This document shows, one piece after another, positions 1-9,789 of a DNA stretch of 64,000 nucleotides; the stretch's first letter is position 1, and each line of letters starts with the position of its first letter. This DNA comes from Sphingobacteriaceae bacterium. Lineage in GTDB: Bacteria; Bacteroidota; Bacteroidia; Sphingobacteriales; Sphingobacteriaceae. The stretch spans positions 4,291 to 68,290 of the forward strand of contig CANKAT010000002.1 of NCBI GenBank assembly GCA_947479815.1, in the 5' to 3' direction. The notes under the pieces were generated by a model. The model ran no database searches. It had not been told where the DNA came from and worked only from the letters and a program-made list of their open reading frames with translations. The translations under genes were made by a program, and so were the position numbers.

Positions 1-2
1 GT

Positions 3-1265
3 GCTCCATCAAGAAGCATTCTGATGACCGGTAAACATTCAGGCCACTCGTATATTAGAGGCAACTATGAATTGGGTGGCTTTGCAGATAGTTTAGAGGG
101 TGGCCAAATGCCATTGCATGAAGGAGCCTATACCATTGCCAGAATGCTGAAGGAAAGAGGCTATAGTACCGCATTGGTTGGCAAATGGGGCATGGGCGTA
201 ACCGGAACAACTGGAAGCCCGCTAAAGCATGGTTTTGATTATTACTATGGATACCTGGATCAAAAACAGGCACATAATTTTTATCCAACCCATCTTTGGG
301 AAAATGATCAATGGGATACTTTGAATAATCACGTGTTTAGCGTGCATGGAAAAATAGATCCCAAAACTGCCACAGATGCTGATTTTGAAAAATTTAGAGG
401 CAAAGATTATGCTCCTGCTAAAATGACCCAGAAAGCACTTGGTTTTCTTGACAAGAACAAAAACAAACCATTCTTTTTATACCTGCCCTATCCGCTTCCA
501 CACCTGGCCTTGCAAGCACCCGAAGAATACGTGAAAAAGTATATTGGACTTTTTGAGGAAAAACAGTATTTCGGCGAAAATGGTTATGCACCAAATAAAT
601 ATCCACTTTCAACGTACGCTGCAATGATTACTTTCCTAGATGACCAGGTGGGAATAATTATGGCAAGAATTAAAAAACTAGGGCTGGATGACAATACAAT
701 CATTATGTTTTCGAGTGATAATGGCGCCACTTTTTCGGCAGGAGTAGATACTAAATTCTTTAATAGTGTGTCGGGATTGCGCGGGCTCAAAATGGATTTA
801 TACGAAGGTGGTATACGGGTTCCTTTTATTGCCAGATGGCCAAATAAAATCAAGGCGAATACGGTTAGTGATCATGTTTCAGGTCAATTTGATATTATGG
901 CTACCCTATCCGAAATTAGTGGTAAAAAGATTAACAATTCTGATGGAATATCCTTACTGCCAGAACTTACGGGAAGGAAACAGGATCAACAAAAACATGG
1001 CTTTTTGTATTTTGAATATCCGGAGAATGGTGGTCAGCTTGCGGTAAGGATTGGCAACTGGAAAGGGGTCAAAAGAAATGTAAGAATGGCGCCAAATGGG
1101 AACTGGGAATTATTCGATCTGTCGAAAGACCGAAATGAAACTACCGATGTTTCTGCTGTTAATCCGCAGGTCATCTCACAAATAAACGTCGTTGTAAAGC
1201 GGGAACATACCCACCCTCATATACTGGATTGGGAATTTATTGACCCGAAAGTGTCTAAAAAATAA
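3..1265 (+). CDS. Sulfatase-family protein (arylsulfatase / N-acetylgalactosamine-6-sulfatase-like), 5' end cut by window edge
   Basis: Frame 3 is open from nt 3 and reads APSRSILMTGKH, the P-S-R-x-x-x-L/M-T-G part of the sulfatase formylglycine signature (the Cys/Ser lies left of the window). Downstream blocks GKWGMG, FSSDNGA and YEGGIRVPFI are typical of type I sulfatases. Confidence 0.9.
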   Translation, partial: APSRSILMTGKHSGHSYIRGNYELGGFADSLEGGQMPLHEGAYTIARMLKERGYSTALVGKWGMGVTGTTGSPLKHGFDYYYGYLDQKQAHNFYPTHLWENDQWDTLNNHVFSVHGKIDPKTATDADFEKFRGKDYAPAKMTQKALGFLDKNKNKPFFLYLPYPLPHLALQAPEEYVKKYIGLFEEKQYFGENGYAPNKYPLSTYAAMITFLDDQVGIIMARIKKLGLDDNTIIMFSSDNGATFSAGVDTKFFNSVSGLRGLKMDLYEGGIRVPFIARWPNKIKANTVSDHVSGQFDIMATLSEISGKKINNSDGISLLPELTGRKQDQQKHGFLYFEYPENGGQLAVRIGNWKGVKRNVRMAPNGNWELFDLSKDRNETTDVSAVNPQVISQINVVVKREHTHPHILDWEFIDPKVSKK

Positions 1266-1279
1266 AAGTAGGCGCCTTA

Positions 1280-2707
1280 TCAAATGAACTTTTGGGTAGT
1301 ATCAGCAAAAAATTGATCACTAAAATTTACCAAAAATAATTCGGCTGATGATCGGGTCACACCAGTATAGAGCCATCTCAAAAACTCGGTATTGAGCATC
1401 TCATCGGTTAGATATCCCTGATCAATAAATACGGCAGGCCATTGCCCACCCTGTGCCTTATGACAGGTAACTGCGAAAGCAAATTTTATTTGTAAAGCAT
1501 TGTAATATGGATCTTTCTTTAATTCATCCATTCTCAATTTTTTATTCTCAATGTGCATATAATCCTGTAAAACCGCCTCATATAAGCGCTTACTATCTGA
1601 ATTGGAAAGGCTCGGGGTTTCACAATACAAGGTGTCCAAAATCACCTTGCAGGTTAGCGGCTCCTGATCTGGATAGTCAAGTAGTTCGATGACCACTTCA
1701 GCAAAACGAAAACCGTATTGCTCCTCTACCCTTCTAACTTTCCTGATCCTAGCAATATCTCCGTTAGCAATAAAATCGCCACTGTTATCTTCAGGCTTGA
1801 GCCAGAAATAATTATTACGTACAATCATGATATGATCACCACCCGTTATTTCTTCCTCCCGGTAAAGGATACGATTGCGTATATTCTGATTATAGGCGTT
1901 TGCATTCTTATTGGAGCGGCAAATTACAATGGTATTCTCCATTCCGTATTTATCATAAGCATAATTTATACCTTCAACCAGGCGCTCTCCGGTCATTCTG
2001 AATATATCCTTATAGCCCTTGATCTTAAACTGAGGAAAAATTTCCTTTTCTTTCCGAATAAGTTCTCGCAACTGCGTAGCATTATGCAGAATGCCCGATT
2101 GCTTTTCTTGCCTAACCACATCGGTTAATTCGTAGCTGAACACTTCAAGTCCGAATTGGGAATTAAGCACCTCCTTTACCAAAGCCGGACTCGTATCCGA
2201 GCCAACGGGAGGAAGTTGCGCCGTATCTCCAACCAGCATAAGCTTACAGTTTTTGCCATTATATACATAACTGACCAAATCTTGTAAAAGACTATGCCTG
2301 CTATAATCATGTGCCTGATCTGCAATCATGGAGGCCTCATCAACAATAAAAAGAGTATTCTCCATGAGATTATCTCCCAACAAAAAGTTCATCTCAGGAC
2401 TTGCAGCTTCCTTTTTACGGTATATTTTTTTATGGATGGTAAATGCCTTGCGGCCAGAATAATTACTGATAACCTTGGCCGCCCGACCGGTAGGTGCTAA
2501 CAACACCGATTTTAGCTTAACCTGTGGAAGAACTTTTACCAAGGCACTAATGAGTGTAGTTTTCCCTGTACCGGCATAGCCCTTTAGTACAAAGCAGGAA
2601 TCTACATGGCTTGAAAGCACAAACTTCTGCAACAATACAAAAACCTCACTTTGCTGTGAGGTAGGAACATTTCCGAAATTTTGTTCAATCAGATCATGGA
2701 AATTCAT
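1280..2707 (-). CDS. RecD/TraA-like superfamily 1 DNA helicase
   Basis: Walker A GYAGTGKTT, Walker B LFIVDEASM, C-terminal AVTCHKAQGGQW block as in RecD-type helicases. The ORF-track start (2722) is a TTG; the first ATG (MNFHDL) at 2707 is preferred. Confidence 0.8.
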   Translation of the reverse strand: MNFHDLIEQNFGNVPTSQQSEVFVLLQKFVLSSHVDSCFVLKGYAGTGKTTLISALVKVLPQVKLKSVLLAPTGRAAKVISNYSGRKAFTIHKKIYRKKEAASPEMNFLLGDNLMENTLFIVDEASMIADQAHDYSRHSLLQDLVSYVYNGKNCKLMLVGDTAQLPPVGSDTSPALVKEVLNSQFGLEVFSYELTDVVRQEKQSGILHNATQLRELIRKEKEIFPQFKIKGYKDIFRMTGERLVEGINYAYDKYGMENTIVICRSNKNANAYNQNIRNRILYREEEITGGDHIMIVRNNYFWLKPEDNSGDFIANGDIARIRKVRRVEEQYGFRFAEVVIELLDYPDQEPLTCKVILDTLYCETPSLSNSDSKRLYEAVLQDYMHIENKKLRMDELKKDPYYNALQIKFAFAVTCHKAQGGQWPAVFIDQGYLTDEMLNTEFLRWLYTGVTRSSAELFLVNFSDQFFADTTQKFI

Positions 2708-2815
2708 CGCTGCAAATTGCAAATTCTTAGCCTTATATTTCTTGAAAGAAATGAATGGTTTACAATTAATTGAGCAGCAAATAGAAAGAATTTATAAAAT
2801 ATAGGTGAGAAACTA

Positions 2816-2823
2816 TACTTTTG
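2816..2823 (+). promoter_or_regulatory. Candidate Bacteroidota sigma-A -7 box (TACTTTTG = TAnnTTTG)
   Basis: Exact TAnnTTTG match ending 6 nt before the ATG at 2830. This implies a very short or absent leader. Confidence 0.4.
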
Positions 2824-2829
2824 TGATCG

Positions 2830-3681
2830 ATGATTAAATTACTCCACTTAGTTGACGATGAGTTTCAATCTCAAAATGCCGCTAAATGCGATCTTCTGAT
2901 CCATATAGGTATTGAATCATTTCAATATGCAATTATTGACAAGGTTAGAGACGAGCTGAAAGCGCTAGTGGAATATGAATTGCCTAATATTTCCGATCAG
3001 GGTGATTTAATTCAAGCCATTGAAAATCTGTCAGAATGTACTAAAGAATTTAAGTATTCATTTAACAAGGTCAAAATATCCATTGATAGCTACCAGTTCA
3101 CATTTATTCCCGACGAGTTTTACCAATCTGGCAATGATGAAGAATATGCAAAATTCATTATTACTAAGCAACAAGCTGTAATTCTTTGCAACCCCATTCC
3201 TGCTGCAAAAATCAAAAATATCATTGCGATTAATTCAGATTTACACCTAGCGCTCCACAAAATTTTCCATAACCCTAAAATTTATGGACAGGCAAGCGCT
3301 TTCATTCAGGGTATACTCAAGAGTTTTAAACAGAATACAGCGCCTTCACTTTATATTGATATTCATCAAAAACATGTTCAGTTCGCTTATTTTAAGCAAT
3401 CTGAATTGTCATTTTATAACCTATTTGATAGCATCAATGCCATTGAGTTCAACTATTTTATCCTGAACATCATTGAATCTTTGAAAGTAGATCTTGATCA
3501 TACTGCTATTATTCTATCAGGGCAGGTAATTGAGAATGATGAATTTTATCAGCGAATTGAAAAATATTTTAAAGACATTCAATTTGCTGACAGCAGACTG
3601 ATTATTAAGCATCCTGAACTATTTGACAAGGTGTCTGCCCAGACATTTTTCTCCCTTCTTACACTTGACCAATGCGAATAA
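2830..3681 (+). CDS. Conserved hypothetical protein (DUF3822-like)
   Basis: 283-aa ORF with no recognisable catalytic motif. Its position directly upstream of and overlapping rsmD, followed by coaD, matches the Bacteroidota arrangement I recall for DUF3822 proteins (family name from memory). Confidence 0.55.
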   Translation: MIKLLHLVDDEFQSQNAAKCDLLIHIGIESFQYAIIDKVRDELKALVEYELPNISDQGDLIQAIENLSECTKEFKYSFNKVKISIDSYQFTFIPDEFYQSGNDEEYAKFIITKQQAVILCNPIPAAKIKNIIAINSDLHLALHKIFHNPKIYGQASAFIQGILKSFKQNTAPSLYIDIHQKHVQFAYFKQSELSFYNLFDSINAIEFNYFILNIIESLKVDLDHTAIILSGQVIENDEFYQRIEKYFKDIQFADSRLIIKHPELFDKVSAQTFFSLLTLDQCE

Positions 3682-4214
3682 TAGGTGGACGTTTAAAAGG
3701 TCTTCGCTTAAATCCTCCGTCTAATTTACCTGTCAGACCGACCACAGACCAAGCAAAAGAAGCGCTGTTCAATATTCTTTACAATCAGTTCAATTTTGAG
3801 AATGTTAAGGTATTGGATCTTTTTAGTGGAACTGGAAATATTTCATTAGAATTTGCATCACGTGGTGCTGCTGAAATATGTTCAGTAGATCGAGATTTTG
3901 GCTGTATCAATTACCTGCGTTCACTAATCAAACAATACGAACTCAATACCATTAAGCCTGTTAAATCAGATGTATTTAAATATCTGGAACTGGAAACAGA
4001 CAAATTTGATCTGATCTTTGCTGATCCTCCCTACGACCTTCCACAACTTAATACGATTGCTGCAAAAGTATTAGACCGCGATCTGCTACAGCCAGAGGGC
4101 TATTTGATTATAGAGCATCCAAGTTTAAAAAAATTAGATAACCACCCACTTTTTCTTGAACAGAGAAAATATGGGTCTTCCTCATTCAGCTTCTTTGGAA
4201 AAAATGTACTATAA
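3672..4214 (+). CDS. rsmD: 16S rRNA (guanine966-N2)-methyltransferase RsmD
   Basis: MRIIGGRLKGLRL...RPTTDQAKEALFNIL N-terminus, SAM-binding LFSGTGN and catalytic DPPY motif. The ATG overlaps the upstream stop (10-nt overlap ATGCGAATAA). Confidence 0.9.
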   Translation: MRIIGGRLKGLRLNPPSNLPVRPTTDQAKEALFNILYNQFNFENVKVLDLFSGTGNISLEFASRGAAEICSVDRDFGCINYLRSLIKQYELNTIKPVKSDVFKYLELETDKFDLIFADPPYDLPQLNTIAAKVLDRDLLQPEGYLIIEHPSLKKLDNHPLFLEQRKYGSSSFSFFGKNVL

Positions 4215-4350
4215 ATTGAAACAAGGTGTCATCATTTATAGTTAACTTTATTTTAGCTGATTTAGATCAGTGTATAACATCAATATTGAATTAATTTATC
4301 CCAAACAAACATTATTTAGTTTAAGGGAATCTTAACCAAATTATAAACAA

Positions 4351-4812
4351 ATGAAAATTGCTCTTTTCCCTGGATCATTTGACCCGGTTACCAAAGCTCA
4401 TGTTGACATATTAAAACGCGCTCTGCCTTTATTTGATAAGGTTGTAATCGGAATAGGCTTAAACAGCACCAAGGCCGCTTATCTAACCCTAGAAAAAAGA
4501 AAAGAAATGCTTAGGGCTGTTTTTGCTGACGAGCCCAAAGTTGAGGTACAGACTTACGAGGGGCTTACCGTTGAGTTCTGTAAAAAGATTCAATCCAATT
4601 ACATGATCAGAGGTATACGGACCGTTTCAGATTTTGAATATGAAAAAGCGATTGCACAAATGAATCATGCGCTTGAACCAGAAATTGAAAGTATTTTTAT
4701 AGTAAGCAAGCCAGGTTATTCATCCATAAGCTCTACCATTGTACGTGATATTATGAGAAACAAAGGCGATGTGAAGCAGTTTATTCCAAAAGAAGCATTT
4801 GATCTGCTTTAA
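4351..4812 (+). CDS. coaD: Phosphopantetheine adenylyltransferase
   Basis: 153 aa; N-terminal FPGSFDPVTKAHVDIL (GxFDPxTxxH nucleotidyltransferase motif) and ISSTIVR near the C-terminus. Confidence 0.95.
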   Translation: MKIALFPGSFDPVTKAHVDILKRALPLFDKVVIGIGLNSTKAAYLTLEKRKEMLRAVFADEPKVEVQTYEGLTVEFCKKIQSNYMIRGIRTVSDFEYEKAIAQMNHALEPEIESIFIVSKPGYSSISSTIVRDIMRNKGDVKQFIPKEAFDLL

Positions 4813-4816
4813 TTTC

Positions 4817-5425
4817 CTATTTAATTACGTTAATCAAATCTTTGATTAAGGGATACGTATTCTGACGAACCAACATTAAATCTCCTGCTGAAAGCCATCG
4901 GGCATCAGTAATTCCTTCTTCGAGCTGTGGCACAAGTTTTTTTTGTTTATTAGCTCCCATCCAGTACCAGGCCGTTTTTTTAATAACCATATCCCCATTT
5001 ATCTCATATACATGGTAGGTATTGCAGACCTTATCTTTACTACTTTTAATCTTTATTCCACATTCCTCCTGAACTTCACGTATAGCAGCTACCCTTGAAT
5101 TCTCTCCCTTTTCTATTTTTCCCTTCGGAAGATCCCATTTCCCATTCCTGAAAATAAATAGATACTTGTTTGTTTCATTACTAACTATCCCACCGGCAGC
5201 TTTGATTAAAATCATAGAGCGCTTAATTTCTTTAAAAACAGATTTGAAATTTTTGGTTAAAATAAGAAAGGTTTTAGGGCTTTGATGGTTACTGATGAGC
5301 TTATAGAAGCTAAAAAAATTAAAATCTGAGACTTTAAGTTCCTGATAATCTTCTATATCTGGAGGAAGTGATTCAGTCAGGATTAAAATTACTTCGTTGA
5401 TATAAATTTTATAAATTTGAGCCAT
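4817..5425 (-). CDS. NUDIX hydrolase with ~80-aa N-terminal extension
   Basis: Nudix box GKIEKGENSRVAAIREVQEECG (Gx5Ex7REUxEExGU). The ORF-track start at 5503 lies inside pyrE; the ATG at 5425 (MAQIYKIY) is preferred. Confidence 0.8.
   Translation of the reverse strand: MAQIYKIYINEVILILTESLPPDIEDYQELKVSDFNFFSFYKLISNHQSPKTFLILTKNFKSVFKEIKRSMILIKAAGGIVSNETNKYLFIFRNGKWDLPKGKIEKGENSRVAAIREVQEECGIKIKSSKDKVCNTYHVYEINGDMVIKKTAWYWMGANKQKKLVPQLEEGITDARWLSAGDLMLVRQNTYPLIKDLINVIK
5412..5419 (+). promoter_or_regulatory. Candidate -7 box (TAAATTTG) for pyrE
   Basis: Exact TAnnTTTG match 4 nt upstream of the pyrE ATG (5424). It lies inside the first codons of the divergent NUDIX gene. Confidence 0.4.
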
Positions 5426-6071
5426 GACTAATAAGAGTGAAATTGAACAGAAAGTAGCCGAATTTCTGCTACAAATTAAAGCAATTAAATTGCAACCCAA
5501 CAATCCTTTTACATGGGCATCGGGTTGGAAATCTCCAATTTACTGCGATAACCGCATTACACTATCTCACCCGGGAATTCGTACTTATATTCGCCAGAAA
5601 CTTTCTGCCTTAATTCAAGAAGAGTTTGGATCGGCTTCAATTATTGCAGGTGTAGCAACTGCAGGTATCCCTCAAGGTGTTTTAGTTGCCCAGGAATTAG
5701 GATTACCCTTTATTTATGTTCGTGCCAAAGCCAAAGAACATGGCAGAGGCAATTTGATTGAAGGAGAATTTTCGCCAGGACAGCGTGTAGTTGTTGTTGA
5801 AGATCTTATTTCAACAGGAAAAAGTAGTTTACAGGCCGTTCAGGCTTTAAGAGAAGCGGGTTGTGAAATTGCCGGACTTGTGGGAATATTTAATTATGGA
5901 TTTGATGCCGCAGAAGAAAATTTCAAAAATGCAAAATGCCGCTTCTTAACGCTATCTAATTACAATGCTTTAATTGAATTTGCTGCTGAACATCATTTTG
6001 TTTCAACCGATGATATCAAAATATTAAGAAAATGGCGCGAAGATCCAGAAGCCTGGGGCAATACCATCTAA
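5424..6071 (+). CDS. pyrE: Orotate phosphoribosyltransferase
   Basis: 215 aa; PRPP-binding loop VVVVEDLISTGKS and N-terminal FTWASGWKSPIYCDNR typical of PyrE. Confidence 0.95.
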   Translation: MTNKSEIEQKVAEFLLQIKAIKLQPNNPFTWASGWKSPIYCDNRITLSHPGIRTYIRQKLSALIQEEFGSASIIAGVATAGIPQGVLVAQELGLPFIYVRAKAKEHGRGNLIEGEFSPGQRVVVVEDLISTGKSSLQAVQALREAGCEIAGLVGIFNYGFDAAEENFKNAKCRFLTLSNYNALIEFAAEHHFVSTDDIKILRKWREDPEAWGNTI

Positions 6072-6086
6072 TCTTAAATTAATACG

Positions 6087-6488
6087 ATGACCATTATAGA
6101 AAGTACGGTATCAATTAACAAACCTATAAATGAGGTTTTTGAGTTTTTGTCTGACTTGAATAACCATCAACAGCTGATGCCTGAAACTATTTACAATTGG
6201 TCATCTACAAAAGATGAAGCTAGGTTTACTATTCAGAATATGGCCAAATTAGCTTTAAAGGTTTCATCCATCACCAAAGACAAGGAAATTAGTGTAAAAC
6301 CTATTGAAGAAGTACCATTTGAACTTGAATTAAAATGGACCTTAACTGATGATGGAGCAGGCAATACACAAGCAACACATAGCATTTCAGCTGATCTGAA
6401 TATGATGATGAAAATGATTGTTTCAGGTCCTCTTCAAAAACTTGTTGATCACGAAGCCCAGGCTTTGAAAACTATACTTTCAACATAG
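6087..6488 (+). CDS. SRPBCC (START/polyketide-cyclase-like) family protein
   Basis: 133 aa. The N-terminus (I..S..INKPINEVFEFLSDLNNHQQLMP) has the pattern typical of SRPBCC ligand-binding proteins. Function unknown. Confidence 0.6.
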   Translation: MTIIESTVSINKPINEVFEFLSDLNNHQQLMPETIYNWSSTKDEARFTIQNMAKLALKVSSITKDKEISVKPIEEVPFELELKWTLTDDGAGNTQATHSISADLNMMMKMIVSGPLQKLVDHEAQALKTILST

Positions 6489-6734
6489 AAATAATTCTGC
6501 TCTTACCTTTCAATAGTAACCTATTAAAAAACTCCCGCTTATCTTAAGAGGAATTTTTTGGGATTTTAAATAACCCTATTCATCCAATAATCACCTTATA
6601 AAGGCCGACAAAATATCAGGCTAAATTATTGCATATCAGACAATTAGTCAGAGCAAAATAAAATTAACAGACATAATTACAGTTCGTGTGCAAGTCTTGG
6701 TAAATGGCAGTTAAATTGAGCCTAGTTAAGCACT

Positions 6735-9341
6735 ATGAATTTAAATAACTTCACCATCAAAGCTCAGGAAGCTGTACAAAAGGCTTCTGAAATAGCGAGC
6801 GGCAATCAGCAGCAAGCTATTGAAACTGCACACCTTTTAAAAGGACTGTTAAGTGTTGATGAAAATGTAATCAGCTACCTATTTAAAAAGCTCAATATCA
6901 ATAGCAATCGAATTACAGAAATAATTGACGCTCAAATACAGAGCTTCCCAAAAGTGAGCGGGAGTGAAATCTACCTTTCATCAGGTGCAAATGCTGCCCT
7001 ACAAAAAGGAATGACCTATTTAAAAGAATTTAAAGATGAATTTGTTTCTGTTGAGCACCTACTTTTAGGCCTTTTAAGCACCGGCGATAAAGTAAGTACG
7101 ATTTTGAAAGATGCCGGCATGAACGAGGCAGACCTAAAAAAAGCGATTTTGGAATTACGCGGAAATTCAAGGGTCACTGATCAGAATGCAGAAGCTACCT
7201 ATAATGCGCTGAATAAATATGCCCGAAACCTAAATGAATATGCAGAATCAGGAAAATTAGACCCGGTTATTGGACGCGATGAAGAAATAAGAAGGGTAAT
7301 TCAGATTCTTTCGCGCAGAACAAAGAATAATCCCATTTTGATTGGCGAACCTGGTGTAGGTAAAACTGCAATTGCTGAGGGCATTGCCTTTCGAGTAATT
7401 CAGGGCGATGTTCCTGAAAATTTAAAAAGCAAAACAGTTTATTCTCTTGATATGGGTGCTTTGATTGCAGGAGCAAAATATAAAGGTGAATTTGAGGAAC
7501 GTTTAAAGGCTGTTATTAAAGAAGTTACCTCAAGTGACGGCGAAATAATTCTTTTCATTGATGAGATACATACCCTTGTAGGTGCAGGCGGTGGAGAAGG
7601 GGCTATGGATGCTGCTAATATTCTGAAACCTGCTCTGGCACGTGGAGAACTTCGTGCTATAGGTGCTACCACATTGAATGAATACCAGAAATACTTTGAA
7701 AAAGACAAGGCTCTTGAACGTCGTTTTCAAAAAATCATGGTGGATGAACCCAATACGCAGGATGCAATTTCTATCCTTAGGGGTTTAAAAGAACGTTATG
7801 AAACACACCATAAAGTAAGGATCAGAGATGAAGCAATCATTGCAGCAGTAGAATTATCTCAACGCTATATTTCTGATCGTTTTCTTCCTGATAAGGCAAT
7901 TGACTTAATGGATGAAGCGGCCTCAAAACTTAGGTTAGAGATGGATTCAGTACCAGAAGTTGTAGATGAACTGAATCGGAAAATCATGCAGCTAGAGATT
8001 GAAAGAGAAGCGATAAAAAGGGAAAATGATGAGAAGAAAGTAAAGGAACTTTCTGAGGATATTGCTAATCTATCGAACGAACGGGATTCTTTAAGAGCCC
8101 GCTGGAAAGCAGAAAAAGACCTCGTTGATGCCATTAACAATCAAGGTGAGCAAATTGAAAGCTATAAACTGGAAGCTGATCAGGCTGAACGTGCAGGTGA
8201 TTATGGAAAGGTTGCCGAATTAAGATATGGGAAGATCAAAGAATCACAAGATCAGGTTGAAAAATTAAAAGCACAATTATCTGAAACACAGCTCGACAAC
8301 CGAATGCTGAAAGAGGAAGTGACGGCCGAAGACATTGCAGGAGTAGTTTCACGCTGGACAGGGGTGCCTGTTACTAAAATGATACAGAGCGAACGCGAGA
8401 AACTTCTGTACATGGAGACTGAGCTTCACAAACGTGTTGCCGGACAGGAAGAAGCAATTGAAGCTATCTCTGATGCAATAAGACGTTCACGTGCAGGCCT
8501 GCAGGATAAACGCAAACCTATCGGATCATTCATATTCCTTGGAACTACCGGCGTAGGTAAAACTGAACTTGCTAAGGCACTGGCAGAATATCTATTTAAT
8601 GATGAACACGCCATGATCCGGATTGATATGAGTGAATATCAGGAACGCCATGCAGTATCAAGACTGATTGGTGCGCCTCCGGGATACGTGGGTTATGATG
8701 AAGGGGGACAGCTTACTGAAGCAGTGCGAAGAAAGCCCTATTCCGTAATTCTACTCGATGAGATCGAAAAAGCACATCCAGATGTATTCAATATTTTACT
8801 ACAGGTTTTGGATGATGGACGATTAACTGATAACAAAGGTCGACTGGTTGATTTTAAGAATACAATCATTATCATGACCTCTAATATTGGTTCACACCTC
8901 ATTCAGGATAATTTTAAAGACTTGACTGATCTGAATAGAGACCAAGTGGTTGCCAAAACCAAAGGCGAATTATTTGAACTGTTGAAGCAAACCATACGTC
9001 CTGAATTTTTAAACAGGATCGATGAATTAATCATGTTCACTCCATTGAACCGCGACGAGCTTAGGGATATTGTATCACTTCAATTTAAAGGTGTACAAAC
9101 CACTCTTTCTGAAATGGGAATAGAGATTGAGGCCAGTGAGGAAGCATTAGATTGGTTGTCTCAATTAGGATATGATCCGCAATTTGGTGCTCGCCCCTTG
9201 AAACGAGTTATCCAAAAACGAATTTTGAATGAGTTGTCAAAAGAAATCCTTTCAGGAAAAATTGACAAGGATAGTAAAATCAAACTGGATGTATTCGATA
9301 ATCAGTTTGTATTTTTAAATAATGAGAAAATAGAAGAATAA
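6735..9341 (+). CDS. clpB: ATP-dependent disaggregase ClpB
   Basis: 868 aa; Clp_N repeats, two AAA+ modules (Walker [10 protein letters not shown] and GTTGVGKTE) separated by a long coiled-coil M-domain. Confidence 0.97.
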   Translation: MNLNNFTIKAQEAVQKASEIASGNQQQAIETAHLLKGLLSVDENVISYLFKKLNINSNRITEIIDAQIQSFPKVSGSEIYLSSGANAALQKGMTYLKEFKDEFVSVEHLLLGLLSTGDKVSTILKDAGMNEADLKKAILELRGNSRVTDQNAEATYNALNKYARNLNEYAESGKLDPVIGRDEEIRRVIQILSRRTKNNPILIGEPGVGKTAIAEGIAFRVIQGDVPENLKSKTVYSLDMGALIAGAKYKGEFEERLKAVIKEVTSSDGEIILFIDEIHTLVGAGGGEGAMDAANILKPALARGELRAIGATTLNEYQKYFEKDKALERRFQKIMVDEPNTQDAISILRGLKERYETHHKVRIRDEAIIAAVELSQRYISDRFLPDKAIDLMDEAASKLRLEMDSVPEVVDELNRKIMQLEIEREAIKRENDEKKVKELSEDIANLSNERDSLRARWKAEKDLVDAINNQGEQIESYKLEADQAERAGDYGKVAELRYGKIKESQDQVEKLKAQLSETQLDNRMLKEEVTAEDIAGVVSRWTGVPVTKMIQSEREKLLYMETELHKRVAGQEEAIEAISDAIRRSRAGLQDKRKPIGSFIFLGTTGVGKTELAKALAEYLFNDEHAMIRIDMSEYQERHAVSRLIGAPPGYVGYDEGGQLTEAVRRKPYSVILLDEIEKAHPDVFNILLQVLDDGRLTDNKGRLVDFKNTIIIMTSNIGSHLIQDNFKDLTDLNRDQVVAKTKGELFELLKQTIRPEFLNRIDELIMFTPLNRDELRDIVSLQFKGVQTTLSEMGIEIEASEEALDWLSQLGYDPQFGARPLKRVIQKRILNELSKEILSGKIDKDSKIKLDVFDNQFVFLNNEKIEE

Positions 9342-9373
9342 ACGCTGAATGAACTCAAAAAAAGGCAACTAAC

Positions 9374-9410
9374 AAAAAATCCCTGCTGATACCATCAGCA
9401 GGGATTTTTT
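9374..9410. terminator. Bidirectional intrinsic terminator between clpB and csp
   Basis: Perfect 10-bp stem ccctgctgat/atcagcaggg (9381-9403) with a 3-nt loop, an A-run on the left and a T-run on the right. Confidence 0.8.
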
Positions 9411-9439
9411 AATTTAGGATGTAATGTTTTTAAAATAAA

Positions 9440-9628
9440 TTAAGCAAGTCTGACGTTTACTGCACTAAGGCCTTTCTTGCCTTCTTCAACTTCAAACTCA
9501 ACTTTATCATTTTGTCTTATATCCTGCTTTAGTCCACTTACATGAACGAAAATTTCTTTGCCATCCTCTTGGGTAATAAATCCGAATCCTTTGGACTCGT
9601 TGAAGAATTTTACTGTACCGGTTTCCAT
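9440..9628 (-). CDS. Cold-shock protein (CspA family)
   Basis: 62 aa; RNP1-like KGFGFI and RNP2-like FVHVS motifs. Confidence 0.95.
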   Translation of the reverse strand: METGTVKFFNESKGFGFITQEDGKEIFVHVSGLKQDIRQNDKVEFEVEEGKKGLSAVNVRLA

Positions 9629-9709
9629 TAATTAATAGTTTAGTTGTTAATTAGTTTAGTGTTACTGCAATTTAGTGAAATAATTCGGAATAAATAAACA
9701 TATAAATTT

Positions 9710-9717
9710 CAAAAATA
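9710..9717 (-). promoter_or_regulatory. Candidate -7 box (TATTTTTG on minus strand) for csp
   Basis: Plus-strand caaaaata is the reverse complement of TAnnTTTG. It would give a long 5' UTR of the kind usual for cold-shock genes. Confidence 0.35.
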
Positions 9718-9789
9718 ATTAAAGAAAAAAATTAATTGAAGCATAAATGGGATCAGACTTGTTTTTTAGGACGCCAAACAATCAGCACT

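Noticed and set aside
55-1047. Four short ORFs (55-288, 418-624, 584-853, 766-1047) overlapping the sulfatase gene
   Set aside because: They lie fully inside a well-supported sulfatase reading frame, on the opposite strand or in alternative frames. They have low-complexity or odd composition and no motifs, so I treat them as shadow ORFs.
6489-6734. CIRCE/HrcA-type heat-shock operator upstream of clpB (ttaagcact next to the ATG)
   Set aside because: Only one degenerate half-site-like string is present. There is no inverted partner (GAGTGCTAA) at the required spacing.
7267-8614. Antisense ORFs inside clpB (7267-7476, 7439-7708, 7530-7730, 7865-8140, 8426-8614)
   Set aside because: They are embedded in the highly conserved clpB frame and their Ser/Ala/Arg-rich translations are typical of antisense reading of a coding region. 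The same reasoning applies to the other short track ORFs nested in large genes: 1507-2500, 10442-10660, 14092-14418, 20765-21303, 22415-23015, 25775-26355, 27029-27742, 28995-29644, 30562-30918, 31378-31669, 38574-39525, 39830-40918, 41363-41971, 50843-51214, 51914-53016, 53467-53838, 54453-54656, 56005-56295, 58072-58380, 59207-60608 and 61837-62151.
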